A stretch of 64,000 nucleotides of DNA, from positions 5,704,001 through 5,768,000 of the forward strand of contig NW_026889778.1 of NCBI RefSeq assembly GCF_033153115.1, written 5' to 3'. Below the pieces are notes generated by a model. That model saw nothing but the letters and a program-made list of their open reading frames with translations, had not been told where the DNA came from and searched no databases. The position numbers and the translations under genes were made by a program. The DNA comes from Saccostrea echinata (lineage: Eukaryota). Of the stretch, positions 20,601-31,782 are shown piece by piece; position 1 is the stretch's first letter, and each line of letters begins with the position of its first letter.

Positions 20601-23525
20601 AAAAGAAAAAAGGTGAAGAAAGGAAAGGTGCAATTAGTGCTTAGTGAGGATCCAGTGCTCAGTGTTGTGTGAATTTAAGTTGTGTATATAAGTTGATATA
20701 TAGTGCTTTATATAGATTGGTGGCTTTGATTGAAATACATGTATAAGTGCTATGATGTTTATTTTTACTTTATTTCTCTGTTTCTCTGATATAGTGCTTC
20801 TAATTTATTTATTAATGTTTGATTGTTTTTAAGTATTTGAATAAAAAAAATAATTTATGAAAAAAAAGGTTTTTGTCGTCTTTGTTTTGTCATAATTGAG
20901 TAAGGAAGGATACACTGTATACATATCATATTTGGCGGTGTACTCTATTTAGCACTTTTGGCAGAAAGCAGCTTCCCCTAAATAAAGTACAGGACTAAAT
21001 GTCTTTTATGAGTGTATATATATTTACATCCACTGAATATCATCAGCTCCTTTATTTCTTATGAAAACCATTGCTGGTAATCTGTCAGTACCGGTAAATG
21101 CTGTTTAGCAAATCACTTACAGAGATTTCTGAAGCAGCGGCTATTCCATCTGCATCAATGAAACATACAAGCTCATGCATATCAATAATAAAATATTCAA
21201 CCAAGTTTTTTATACAGATAATATACCAATCGTTGGTTGTTAGTATGGGAATTAATGCATTTTATTGTTTAAATTCATATTTAAATTAGCATGTCCAGAA
21301 GGAGCTGATCAAATCTTCACTAACTTGTTGGAAATCAATTTCCGCTAAGTATACAGTATTAAAAGGAATTACCTGTATCTTTTGTTAACCAATAAATTGA
21401 GCCAGCCCTTGAGATGAGTACCTATATATATGTTTTCTTTGATGATCTTATGAAAGCAAATATTTTTATATTTCAGGTGCTGAATTTTATCTTTGGAGTG
21501 GACACAGGGGGCAGATACCCTTCATTGAAAATGGTAATCCGACTAAGGCAACATTTTATGCACATTATATTCTATTGCTTTTGTCCAATGTTTTGTAGAG
21601 CATTTTTAAAATAATATATTTCATTAAATAGTATTCAAAAATGAATTAGATGATAGAAAAAAAGATATATGACATTTAAAGGGAGAATGTTAAAAATTGA
21701 TTAAATAAAAAATTGTCAGACTCTTTTTGCACTTAATTGATTTATTCAGGGTTATTATGAAAAATTAAAATGTTTTGTGTATCAATTATAACCAATCACA
21801 CACGAGTTCTCTGACTTTGATCTGTTATGTTTTGTGTATTAATTATAACCAATCACACACAAGCTCTATCACTTTGATCTTTTATGTTTTGTGTAGATAT
21901 TGGAGCTGAGCTTCTTCAAAGCAGTGAAGTTAATGGAGATAGATAAATTTAATCCTGCAAAGGTTTGTATATCTTATTTTTTTCAAAATTCTGATGTATT
22001 CATTTAATTAAGTTAAATTCAAAGTTCAAAGATTTTAGAATGTACGTGTTAATAAATACTTTAACTATTTTAATTAGCAGTAAGTCAAGGTATTGAAAAA
22101 AAAAATACTACAGACTGAGTTTTAAGGTTTCATTTTGTGAACATCTTCCACCTTATACAGTGTATTTTTGTAGATTCATTTATCTAAAGAAATGAAGAAA
22201 GCAATCAAAGCTGTCAGCTCTGGAAAGAAGATGTGAGTAACCTGATATAGAAATCACTGTACCTTTTTGTCTATCCATCAAAGCTTTTTTATATTATAAT
22301 GCAGCTATAATTATCTTGAGATGTTTAGAAGATGATACCCTCTAAATGTTGAGCTTTCTCAATCAAATGCACATACAGTAAAACATGGTTATAGCAAACA
22401 TGCTTATAATGAATTTTAGTGTAGTGATTTTCATTCCTTGTAGTTTTTAAACCTGTTGTGAACTGAATGGATATGAACTGAATGGTGAACTGAATGGATA
22501 TAATGGATATGTACATTTATAATGAAGCAAACTCGTTGGTCCCTGTCACTTTGCTATAAGCATGTTTTACTCTCTAGTTAAACTTCAAGACTGCTGAGAG
22601 AAAAAAAAAAGATATTAAGAAATAAAAACAAGCATTCTGAGAGTATTGCATTAGCAATACTAGTCCCCTACCGGTAAGTGTAATCTGGTTCCCATCAAAA
22701 TTTAAAATGTTGTAATTCCGTCAAAAAAATCATTGAAGCGGAACGTAGCATAAACTTAATTTGTAACTCATCAAGATACACTTACATACCAAAAATCAGC
22801 TCAATATCCGCAAGCGTTTAGACAAAAAGTGTGGAAAACCCTTGAAAATTAAAGGGCCGTAATTCCCTCAAAAATCAATGAAGCGGAACGAAATTCAAAC
22901 TTGATCTGTAACTTATCAATATACACTCACATACCAAAAATCAGCTCAATATCTGTAAGCGTTTAGAAAAAAAGTGCGGAAAACCAAGTGGGACAGACTG
23001 ACAGACAGACGGACAGACAGACGGACGGACAGACTCCGAGGAAACCTATAGTCCCCTCCGGTTTCACCGGTAGGGGACTAATAATGGATATTTGCAAGAT
23101 TTTTTGCTTTGTGAATATATGAACATGCTTTTTTTTTAACTTGTTCATGCAAATCTTTTTGTGACAATGCTGTAATATTATCCCTTTCAATTCACAGAAA
23201 GAAATTGAAGAGGACAACCTCCTCAGTCAGAATGGAGAGAACAGATTCCAAAACCATGCTTCACAGTGGAGGATCTAGACCTCCCTCACCCCCTCCCCCT
23301 GGTGGCCCCCCTGTGGGGGTCCCTCCACCACCACCCCCACCTCCTCCACCCACCAGCCCTGGAGGACCACCACCACCTCCCCCTCCTCAAGCCCCGGTAC
23401 CTCCACCACCACCCCCAGCATCATCAGGAGGGTCAGCTGGGAGGGCTGCCTTGCTCGGTGATATAAGGTCGGGGACTAAGCTAAAGAAAACTGTAACTAA
23501 TGACAGAAGTGCCCCGAAGTTGTGA
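2612..23525 (+). CDS. Slowpoke-binding protein / PXK-like pseudokinase with N-terminal TM helix, polyproline tract and WH2 domain (14 coding exons)
   Basis: In-frame GT-AG exons: 2612-2650, 4150-4220, 4740-4834, 5420-5497, 5812-5963, 6431-6541, 7134-7229, 7598-7683, 7780-7886, 8090-8187, 21477-21533, 21897-21962, 22174-22232, 23198-23525. Motifs HPYIFP, KGSLKDVIY, YGKQILQGLLYM, HGHLHNGNI, IDVLSFGHVFYEMCTG and C-terminal GRAALLGDIRSGTKLKKTVTNDRSAPKL (WH2) are typical of PXK/Slob. Confidence 0.88.
2965..4088. mobile_element. Non-autonomous TTAA-TSD DNA transposon (Kolobok-like)
   Basis: TTAA|GGTAGTATGGGATACC ... GGTATCCCATACCACC|TTAA. Confidence 0.75.
6592..6860. mobile_element. Tc1/mariner-pogo type MITE with internal ~31-bp tandem repeat
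   Basis: TA|CAGTTGAGC...GTTTGACTG|TA; internal repeats of TCTCAAAGTCAATATCTCAAATCTTCTGA. Confidence 0.65.
7292..7470. mobile_element. pogo/mariner-type MITE
   Basis: TA|CCGTATATACTCGCCTATAAGT ... ACTTATAGGCGAGTATATATGG|TA. Confidence 0.75.
9180..9600 (+). promoter_or_regulatory. Promoter of homeobox copy 1 (TCF/LEF-type sites, CCAAT x3, TATA-like element)
   Basis: CTTTGATC at 9271 and 9327; CCAAT at 9429, 9459, 9489; TACAAATA at 9542. The block is highly conserved in copy 2. Confidence 0.65.
9859..10812 (+). CDS. Intronless TALE-class homeobox protein (spiralian TALE/SPILE-like), copy 1, nested in pseudokinase intron 10
   Basis: 317-aa ORF from ATG 9859. Homeodomain RTRPSLSQKSVQLMEKWFYSHLEHPYPSSDIIEELARRGGIKEEQVKKWFSNKRNRSRR has the TALE PYP loop and WFxNxR. 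AATAAA at ~11151. Confidence 0.92.
   Translation: MAARASSPVIEINFATTLEDVIKATIFDDAPPSPQPSSTSIQTTLNTSAAETRFDECLNSLISDHPTPEKSADNDLQLALQCLHPSAPEKICDDNTISSTEIFSALQTIFRYEAKSSTPSVLIKSVQPELSTSQREQQLLQRFNVLHHHHPQQINDLSSFFKYQSAQVETDRYCALHQNSNQPHHIRESINQHYNITHHRIMDRVENSLQILEENLPQPSPINTKTTTTQTNSQINNLRTRPSLSQKSVQLMEKWFYSHLEHPYPSSDIIEELARRGGIKEEQVKKWFSNKRNRSRRSSGVNKRKVSSVNKSVPCFW
12436..13833. mobile_element. Non-autonomous element with ~140-bp terminal hairpin (Helitron-like), hosting an RTE fragment
   Basis: Imperfect palindrome 12440-12580 (TACAATATTCACCT...AGGTGAATATTGTA); absent from duplication unit 1. Confidence 0.5.
13048..13615 (-). mobile_element. 5'-truncated RTE-clade LINE (3' end of RT ORF, frameshifted)
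   Basis: ORFs ...NSNVKSILLYGTETW... and WGWIGHTLRKP...ALTWNPQGKRKRGRPRNTWRR; (TAAG)n tail at 13048-13060. Confidence 0.85.
13927..15320 (+). mobile_element. Helentron-associated element (HINE) carrying ~7 copies of a ~167-bp satellite (Cg170-like)
   Basis: 5' TTAGGTCACCTGAGT, 3' ACTCGGGTGACCT plus short hairpin. Unit landmark GAATTTCATGGCC recurs at ~14229, 14398, 14565, 14732, 14897, 15052, 15220. Confidence 0.8.
16507..16810 (+). mobile_element. tRNA-derived SINE inserted in the LINE RT
   Basis: A/B box head, (CAAT)n tail, 14-bp TSD TCGACAYGGTATGG (16493-16506 / 16811-16824). Second copy at 47103. Confidence 0.88.
17711..17916. mobile_element. TA-flanked MITE inside the LINE
   Basis: TA|CTGCAAATGTAC ... 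GTACGTTCACAG|TA. Confidence 0.55.
18968..19400 (+). promoter_or_regulatory. Promoter of homeobox copy 2
   Basis: CTTTGATC at 19068 and 19124; CCAAT at 19226, 19256, 19286; TACAAATA at ~19339. Confidence 0.65.
19620..20570 (+). CDS. Intronless TALE-class homeobox protein (SPILE-like), copy 2, nested in the same intron
   Basis: 316-aa ORF, near-identical paralogue of 9859-10812, with HPYP and WFSNKR intact. AATAAA at ~20840. Confidence 0.92.
   Translation: MASCASSPVIEINFATTLEDVIKATIFDDAPPSPQPSSTSVQTTLNTSAAEARFDECLDSLISDHPTPEKSADNDLQLALQCLHPSTPEKICDDNTISSTEIFSALQTIFRYEAKSSTPSVLIKSVQPEMSTSQREQQLLQRFNNLHHHHPQQINDLSSFFKYQSAQVETDRYCALHQNSNQPHHIRESINQHYNITHHRIMDRVENSLQILEENLPQPSPINTTTTTTQPDSQISNFRTRPSLSQKSVQLMEKWFYSHREHPYPSSDVIEELARKGGIKEEQVKKWFSNKRNRSRRSSGVNKRKVSSVNKSVPCF
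20915..21357. mobile_element. MITE downstream of homeobox copy 2 (truncated remnant at 11219-11290 after copy 1)
   Basis: CTGTATAC...GGCGG / CCGC...GTATACAG termini; the same left end is present in unit 1. Confidence 0.5.
22628..23081. mobile_element. HINE-type element with (GACA/GACG)n microsatellite
   Basis: TAGTCCCCTACCGGT subterminal repeat, terminal hairpin TAGTCCCCTCCGGTTTCACCGGTAGGGGACTA, internal tandem duplication. Confidence 0.7.
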
Positions 23526-24409
23526 AGAAACAGCATTGATCACAGCCATGGTGACTCAAAACGAAGGGAAATTACTGATGTCTACATTCAACTGCTTGAT
23601 AGTCTTTAAACAGTATTTTTTCTGTATTGTGTATTTTGAATATTGATGGGTATTCTATTCAACATCATAATTTAAACAACACAAGAATTTCCAATTGATA
23701 GAGGTTTATGACTCTGTTTTCTGCAATATTTTAACAATACTCCTATGTGAACATTACCAGTATTGGCTTTACTCTTTGTGATATTATTTTAAACCTGTAT
23801 AATATTAACTGAAGTATTTTATCAAATTTAACTGAATCATATACTCAGGTGTTTAGTTGGTGTATAATTTATAAATATTCTATATTTCAAATGCATATTT
23901 CAAAGAGAATACAAGTCACACGTCCTATGGTATGGACCTCTACTGTCTCGAGGCTTTGATTGATCTTTAAATTGTTCCCATAAAGGTTGTCAATTCTCCC
24001 TCTGTACTACTATTATTATGATTTCCCTGTTTTAAAATTGCCATTTCCAAAGGAGAATAATTTTTTTTTAAATCACACTTCATTTCATCATTATATGTAC
24101 ATAAATGTGGTTGTGATGCAGTACAATATGTACATCTGATTTCAAACTAGTGCAATGGATTTATTGTTTGTTATCAGTTTAGATATATATTTTGTTGATG
24201 ATTTGGTGCCAGATTTTCATTTATCATATTGTTACACATTAAGAGTATATTTGTTATTTGTTCATTGACAAGAAAAAGTTGTTGATTATCTGAAATTGAC
24301 CTTTTGAAAATGACAGCTACGTGCTCTTGAATTGTTAAATTGTTTACGTTCAGTAAGAAGATATGTCTTTGTGTGGTTAAGGACTTCTTAAGCCCTTTTG
24401 TTTTTATTA

Positions 24410-25602
24410 TTAGCTCACCTGAGCCTTTACCTGAGCCAAAGGTTCAGGTGAATTTTCTGATCAAAGAGTGTCCAGCATCCATCTGCTGTCTGTAAACTTT
24501 TCACAGTTTCAACTCCTTTTCCAATAATATTATGCTAATTCCAACCAAACTTGCTACAAAGATTCAAACTGATGGGAACATAAAGGGGAGATAAATAAGG
24601 AATGTTGAATGTAAGTTTCTGTCATTTAGAATCACTGGGGCAGAAAAAAAATTGTGTGAATTCCTTTTTTCATGGCTTCTGAAACTAAAGTAGGCCCACA
24701 ATAGGGGGAGGGAAAAATCAATGTTTTATGTAGGATTATAAAGGGAAAAATCTATAAAATTCCTTGTCGGGAACAGCAGGGCCATAATTATTCATCCTCA
24801 TGTAGTGTGAATTCAACTTTGGTGAAGGAATGGGACTGCAATAGGGAATAAAATATTTACAAGGAAATATATTGTAAAAATCATTAGAGAGCCTCTTATA
24901 AGGAACAATTAGGGTAGATTGAAAGTGATTTAAATTGTAGCCCTCCTTTCAGGTTAGAATGGTGCCACAACAGAAAGGATGCAAATTATAAATTGTCTTA
25001 TATTGTAGGAAAAATCTTGTTTCTCAGAAGCCGCAAGGCCACAATTAGCCATACATGTATTTTATATATATGTACAAGCACTTCCATGCAGCATAAAATC
25101 AGTTTTGTTGAAACAGGGCCCCTTGGGGATAGAATGCAGTAAAGTAAAAAGTAAATTTTACATAGAAATACATACGGGGAGGGGGAAATTGAAAAAAAAA
25201 GAAGCTTTTTATGAGTAGCAATGTCCTTGATTAATAAGCATTCCATTTTGTGTAAATGTATTTTCTTCCAATCATGGTAAAAATTGAAAAAAGCTTTTTA
25301 TGAGTAGCAATGTCCTTGATTAATAAGCATTCCATTTTGTGTAAATGTATTTTCTTCCAATCATGGTCCCCAGGGCAAGGACTGATCTTGAAATGGAGAG
25401 CTTTCACAAGAACAAACTAACTGAAATTTGTAACCTCAATGATACCATAAATTCAAACTGTACCCTCAGTAATACCATAAATTCAATTTCTTGAAATCAT
25501 GGACTTTATTTGGTGACCACAGTGAGAGTTTTATCATCTATAGATAAATATTCATATCAGAAAGGGAATTTTTCTTAGGTGAGCATTGCATTCTATAGGT
25601 CT
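24410..25602 (+). mobile_element. Degenerate HINE element between the converging 3' ends
   Basis: TTAGCTCACCTGAGC 5' box with hairpin; AGGTGAGC 3' box; decayed satellite units inside. Confidence 0.55.
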
Positions 25603-25844
25603 TTTTACGGCACATCATATCAATATCTCATGACATGTGGGCTTCTTCCCCAGAGTTACCAGTATACATGTACTGAATAAAATTAAACACACTGTCAAAT
25701 TCAATGTCTTGTAATTTAAAGATACACTGAGGTATTGATGTATTTTATTACATAATTCAGAATTCTATTTTGACAGAAAATCCTGCTAAGAAAATTGTAT
25801 TTAAATGGTAACATTCTGACCAAATATGGCATTCAGTTTATGAT

Positions 25845-28800
25845 TTATAAATTGTCAACGCTAGCCAGTCCGTGATAAGTAAAGCCACGCCCACTTCTGA
25901 TCTGAGACACCAGGCATGCGCTGACGGCACTCCTTCCGTAGTTCAGAGGATACAGTCTCCTCCAAGCCTTTTTAGTGGGGTCATACTCCTCTGCGTTTGG
26001 GGATGTTGTGGAACCTAAGATTTAAATACAACAATTTCATATTTGTGTATTTTTTGTTGCAAAATCTAAAGCAAAGCATGTTAAATGCAACAGAGACAAA
26101 GAGAAATCATTTCTTGTTTGTCTAGCTAGCACCAGCAGCCTCGAAGTGAGGCTGAAAGTTTTACTCTTCTCATAACCAATCACTGCACAAATGTATAAAT
26201 AATACTCATGTAATTTTGATGTTAATATATATTTTTTCTTTTTTAATTTCTCTTACAAAATACATGACATACATTTAATATCCAAAATGGTTAATAGTCC
26301 TTTTGATAAGTTTATGCCTAAAACGAAATGGCCCTCGATCTTTTTTTTTCTTTGATGCCCAGTATGAATAAATGTAAAAGATTCACGTAATCACTAAAAT
26401 TTAAAAATTCAGGCCTATACTTGGCATGTCAGCGTAATCTGACCAGTGTACGTCATTATATATATCATGTCTTACCGCCACGCTCATTACGTCTCTGGTA
26501 GCCGACAACTTACCGTCATATCCTCCGATAACCACTATTTTCCCATTCATTACCACGGCTGCAAAGTTACTGCGACCCTGTATCATAGAACCCATGGGGA
26601 ACCAAGAGCGAGTTGCCCAACTGTATCGCTCAACTGGTGAAAGTAAAATGTATTATCATTATTTATATTTCTTATGTTGAAAAAAATTCCTACAAATGTT
26701 AGTAAAATGCAATTTGCAGATTTACATCTGTTTTCAAATCTATACTGGACTACAAAAATGTTTTTGCCTGTGTGCCATGCTCGCAGTAAATGATGCCGTT
26801 TCAGAAAATCTTGTACAATTTAGGTACCTGTCGAAAGTCGGTCACTCCCATTGTATCCCCCCAGTGCAATGAGTTCTTTCTGCAATGCCACCAAAACCAC
26901 GCCACTTCTGCGTGACGTCATATCTGGCAGCATTGTCCATTGGTTTACAGTGGGGTCGTAATACTCGGCAGAATCCAAACACGACGCGCCGTCAAAGCCG
27001 CCAGCAATGTAAATCTTACCTGAAATGTAGTAGAACTGATTGCAAGGAAATATTTTTAAAAGAGCAGGGAGTAGCATTGAAAAATAAATACTGATAATAT
27101 TAATAAATGTTGCAACGTTGATGAACCAAAATCACAAACTGAACACTTTAATTTTTTTAAGTCGAATTTTGTTTTTCCATCCAAAAATTTTACAGAATTC
27201 TAATGGGTGACATGATCTGCTAATACTCGATCAAGGGAAAGGGATGAAAAGAGAATGGCGAAATGCCTGCCTATAATTCATGTCCATCACACAAACTAAA
27301 AACGCATGCAAATTAATCTTCAATGTGCATCTTTTTTTCCAATCAAATGAACTAAAATCAAGAATTAAGAGGGATGGTCAGAATAAAAAGTTATGAAACG
27401 CAACACGACCCATGCATAACTCTAGCCAAAAAGCTTTTGCAAGATCGGTGACGCTGCATCTAGGTCTTAGTAAATAATTTCTGCTAGCCTCCCCTACTTT
27501 CCAAACATAATAACCATGCAAGGCATAGAGGACGATAGCTAAAATTTGACGTTGTCACCTTGCTCATGCCAAATTAAGCAATTTAGTTTAGTTTTCAGGT
27601 ATATAACAATAACTTTAACCATCAAGAGCCGTAGCCCCGGCGTCGCTGCGTTTCCTCCACATCGGCTGTACGTGGGTCCACTGGTTCTTTATTGGGTTGT
27701 ATTTCTCTACAGAGTCTTGTCGATTCCGTCCGTCAAAACCACCACAGGCATATATTATACCTACAAAGTTGCAATACTTTTTTTTTACAAAAACATCTCT
27801 TCTCCGAGTTTCGACTTCGACGTATAAATTGATTTTATTATATAATATAATTTCTTTTTGGATTAATAATTTCTATAGCCTTGTTATTGTACAATATTAT
27901 ACTTTCATGTAAATTAGTTGAATCTAATTCATCGAGAAACATTTGTTAAAAAACACTATTACCCGCTGAATGATGAAGCCACGCCCTCCACCGTAGCAAC
28001 AGTCAACATTGCTTGACGACGGGTGATATTCCAAAAAATAGTGACTGCGCAGAATTTATGCGCGCACGGTTCAATGTATTTGTATAAAACATTCAGTATA
28101 ATATAATTAATATTGCATGTAGTTGAGTGTAACATAGAAAATTTTCAAATTTTCTTGGGGTGAAAATTTTCAATGTTACACTCAGCTACATGCAATATTT
28201 ATATCTTACAGTACCTACGCCCAGCGTATTGTACCATTTAATTCAACAGCACTGACGTAACATCTCATGATATACATCGGAGCTCTCTCTTCCCAAGTCT
28301 TCTCGTCAGGGGAGAAGCAGTAGACACTGTTGAGATACTGGGTCCCGTCAAATCCCCCTACAATGAAAATCCGTCCGTTCATAAACACCGTGCCGTGATA
28401 GGCGCGCGAGCACGGCATACATTGCTTGGTAACGTACCATCTGTCAACGTTCTTGTCGTAGGCTTCAATTGAGTCCACAACCCCAGTGCTGGACCAGCCC
28501 CCCACTGTGAAGATTATTTCGGGGGGTACTCGGGGTCGCAGTAAGATATTATCGTCGTCCACGATAAAGGGGCTCTCGTAGAAGATCCTCATTAGGTTAG
28601 ACACCCGATTGATGAGTTTCTTGCAATCTCTTAGATTTACAAGCGTTTTGTTTCTTTGAATTTTGGTTTGGAAGAAATCGACATTAACGAAGCAAAATCG
28701 CATTGATTTTAGAAGCTCTGGATATTTGTCTCTTCTGTCTCTTTGTTCGTAATCGATCCATCTTTGAATTGCCAGAAATACTTCGCTTTCGTTACACACA

Positions 28801-29360
28801 GAAAGGTCGTCGTCATTTAATATCTCTTTCAAGTCGTCGACATGCAACTGTAAATACTCTTGACTCTTTTCAACAATATCTTTGAAATTTCGCACGATGT
28901 ATTCCCAAGCTTTTCGCGAAAGATGTTGACAATTATAGAAGCGAGAAAATTTGAATATTCCTATGCAATTCTCAGGAGATATCTGTTCATAAAGGTAGTT
29001 GGTACATTCTTTTAAAAGTCCAAAAACATGAAATCTATCAGACGCTGCTAAAAGATCTTCTACGTTATCTGGGGTTATAATAGCCTTCCTAATATAGGCA
29101 TACTGGATGATTTGGTTCATAATATTTGCCGACACACCATAAATGGAAATTTCATTTTGTTCCGATTCCTTTAGTCCGGACGTGAACAGTGATCTGAAAT
29201 AATGACTGCAACTTGCCATGACGTTTCTATGCACAGGCAAACGGGTGTTTTCATCCGGAATCTTAATGTATGCGTCACAAAATATCCCTTGCAAGCGCAT
29301 TTCGTGAAGTTGGGTCTGGGGATCCATGTCATAAACACTACAAACTTGTAAATCAGTCAT
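25845..29360 (-). CDS. Kelch-like protein (BTB-BACK-Kelch), KLHL10-like
   Basis: Exons 29360-28235, 27760-27620, 27019-26828, 26633-26514, 26014-25845 join in frame. BTB (FCDA...HRNVMASCSHYFRSLF), BACK, LLRPRVP...IIFTVGGWS and six GG-containing kelch repeats; ends ...GRSAVSACLV...ASVDNL*. Confidence 0.9.
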
Positions 29361-30022
29361 TTTCGAAAAGTTTAATCTTCATTCATATCAAAGTTAACGT
29401 TCTTTACGTCACTTACTGCGACGTCACAGTAATATTAAATTTAATTCGGGAAAAATTGCATTATTTTCAGTTATTCAACTTTCCCCCCAAAATAATTTTA
29501 ATTACTGAAAAGAAAAAATGATTAAAATAGTTAAAGGTTAAGTCTGGTTAGGTTGTCAAGTTTTTCTACGTAAAACAGCACATTGACAATGAGATTTAAC
29601 GAATATTGAAATAAAAGTTAAAGTCATTAGGAAAAATATAAACACTCTTTCATTGTTATATTCAAGCGTTTTACGTACAGTTCGTTTACATATTTAAAAC
29701 GAAATTAATTAAATCATTTATATATTTCAAATTCCCCTGGCCTTTGCCCTTCTTTAATAACAAGCTTCTTTTATTCATGATTCCGTTGTTGTTGTTTTTA
29801 AATTAATGTGATTTTATTTTATCCATGCATTTACTAGTATTTTTGGAAGGAGGGGGAAGGGGGCTCTATTCAATAAAAGGAGTGGAGAAAAACAAGATGT
29901 TTAACTCGAATTCTTGTACATAATAATATTGCAAGATTCTCATCTTGGCGGATTTCTCTCATGCAATTCATCATTTGAATACAAATAAATAAAAACTTCG
30001 TTAATGTACGTTGGTTTCAAGG

Positions 30023-30067
<45 letters not shown>

Positions 30068-30170
30068 CATCCTGTCTCCAAAGCAAAGCTAACACGCATT
30101 TGTTTAACCCGTTTTCGTCTAGACCATATCATTAAAGGGAGCACATACACGTTTGAAGACCACGGTGAAG

Positions 30171-30200
30171 CAGGGACCTATACATTATAATATGCCCCTG
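30171..30200. mobile_element. 30-bp P-superfamily remnant (probable excision footprint)
   Basis: GGTGAAG|CAGGGACCTATACATTATAATATGCCCCTG|GGTGAAG (7-bp TSD). Confidence 0.65.
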
Positions 30201-30367
30201 GGTGAAGTAAACAGCTAAATACCTTAGCTAGGGTACCCCCCATTCATCATTTAAAAAGTGCAGGAAATATTTCTAATATTTATGCCTCTGTTGTACATGC
30301 CTTTTTTCAGTTGACAGCTTAAAATGTACACATCTACACAATATAAACAATGATTTAGCAGACCACG

Positions 30368-30422
<55 letters not shown>

Positions 30423-31112
30423 TATTCCAAATCAGGGCCCTTTTGAGCATATTTATTGAGCATGATTATTAAACAGACCATATAAGTATAATAATTATTT
30501 TATATTCGATGCTTTTAAAACTCGTCAGAACTTTACAAAAAGAACATTCTAATATAATTTATCTTCATTTATGTGCCTGTATATATACTTTGTATATTGT
30601 TAAAATATTAACAGTGACATATAAGTCCTTTGGGCCGGGTGTAAAAATCTAAGTATATTGTTGTAAAATACACTGTATTACTGTATAATACACATGTCAC
30701 TATAATAAATTTACTTACTCACTATTCACAAAATGTGATAATAGTAATATTCAGCATATTCGTAATACATTTACTTAGTCAATTTACACATGGTTCATAA
30801 GTTGAGATAATTGCTCACATGTAAAATTTAAAATACACATTGTAAAGTATAAACAAGTACCACCGTGTAGCATAATGCAAAAAAGCCAGAGGTATACATA
30901 TACAAAAATATATATACTGAAAAGATATATTCCACAAAATTGCAAAAGATACCACGGGACAGTGCATTGGTACTTTTTAAGTCACCATGTTTGCATATCT
31001 TATGACCAAACTAACATTTATTGAGTGTTAAAAGTATACATTTTTTTTAAATTCTATATATAACAATTTATAATAATTTATATATTAAACGAATTTTTTT
31101 TTTTTTTTGGTT

Positions 31113-31147
<35 letters not shown>

Positions 31148-31782
31148 GCATTTACAGTTACATACGTGTATTTTGATCAATATATTTTGCATATAAATAT
31201 AACTGAATAATAGACAGCTGTCAGAATTTTGGTATGCACATATGTATTTTCACATTATTAAAAATTCAGTTAAGATTTTTCTTTAAAATTGCAAGGGGTT
31301 TTCAAAACACTGTTTCAGACGTTTTCGCGGAATTTTAGAGTAGTTTCCCTTTGAGGAAGTAGTGGATAATGCGCACTTTCGGTTTAACAAATCTATTTTT
31401 ATCTGTACATATTGCTTAATAACATTTTTGTGTGTGGCAATGTAAATCATGTAAATTGTGCGTATTTAAAAGTATTTCTTTGCTTCGTTTTGAGAAAGCA
31501 ACTCAACTTGTGTGGATTCAACTTAAGTGTAAGTACAGAAGCCCCCCCCCCCCCTCCCTTTTGTCCTTTGATAAATAATCATCTTTAGTAATAAATCATT
31601 TTCGTGTTTGCAATCGCAGAACTTGCTTAGGTGTTTAGATTTATTACATAGATATTGTCGCTTTAAGCAATATAAGTAATTATTTCATTTTCAATTCACT
31701 TATAAGAATTCACCCGAAGACCTATCATTACCCACAATGTAATATGTAATGTTTTGTAGATGTAATCTGCACACTTTGACAA

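Noticed and set aside
27961-28025. Possible C/D snoRNA (ATGATGA box with ACCCG/CGGGT stem)
   Set aside because: No CTGA D box at the 3' end, and it is antisense to the host intron.
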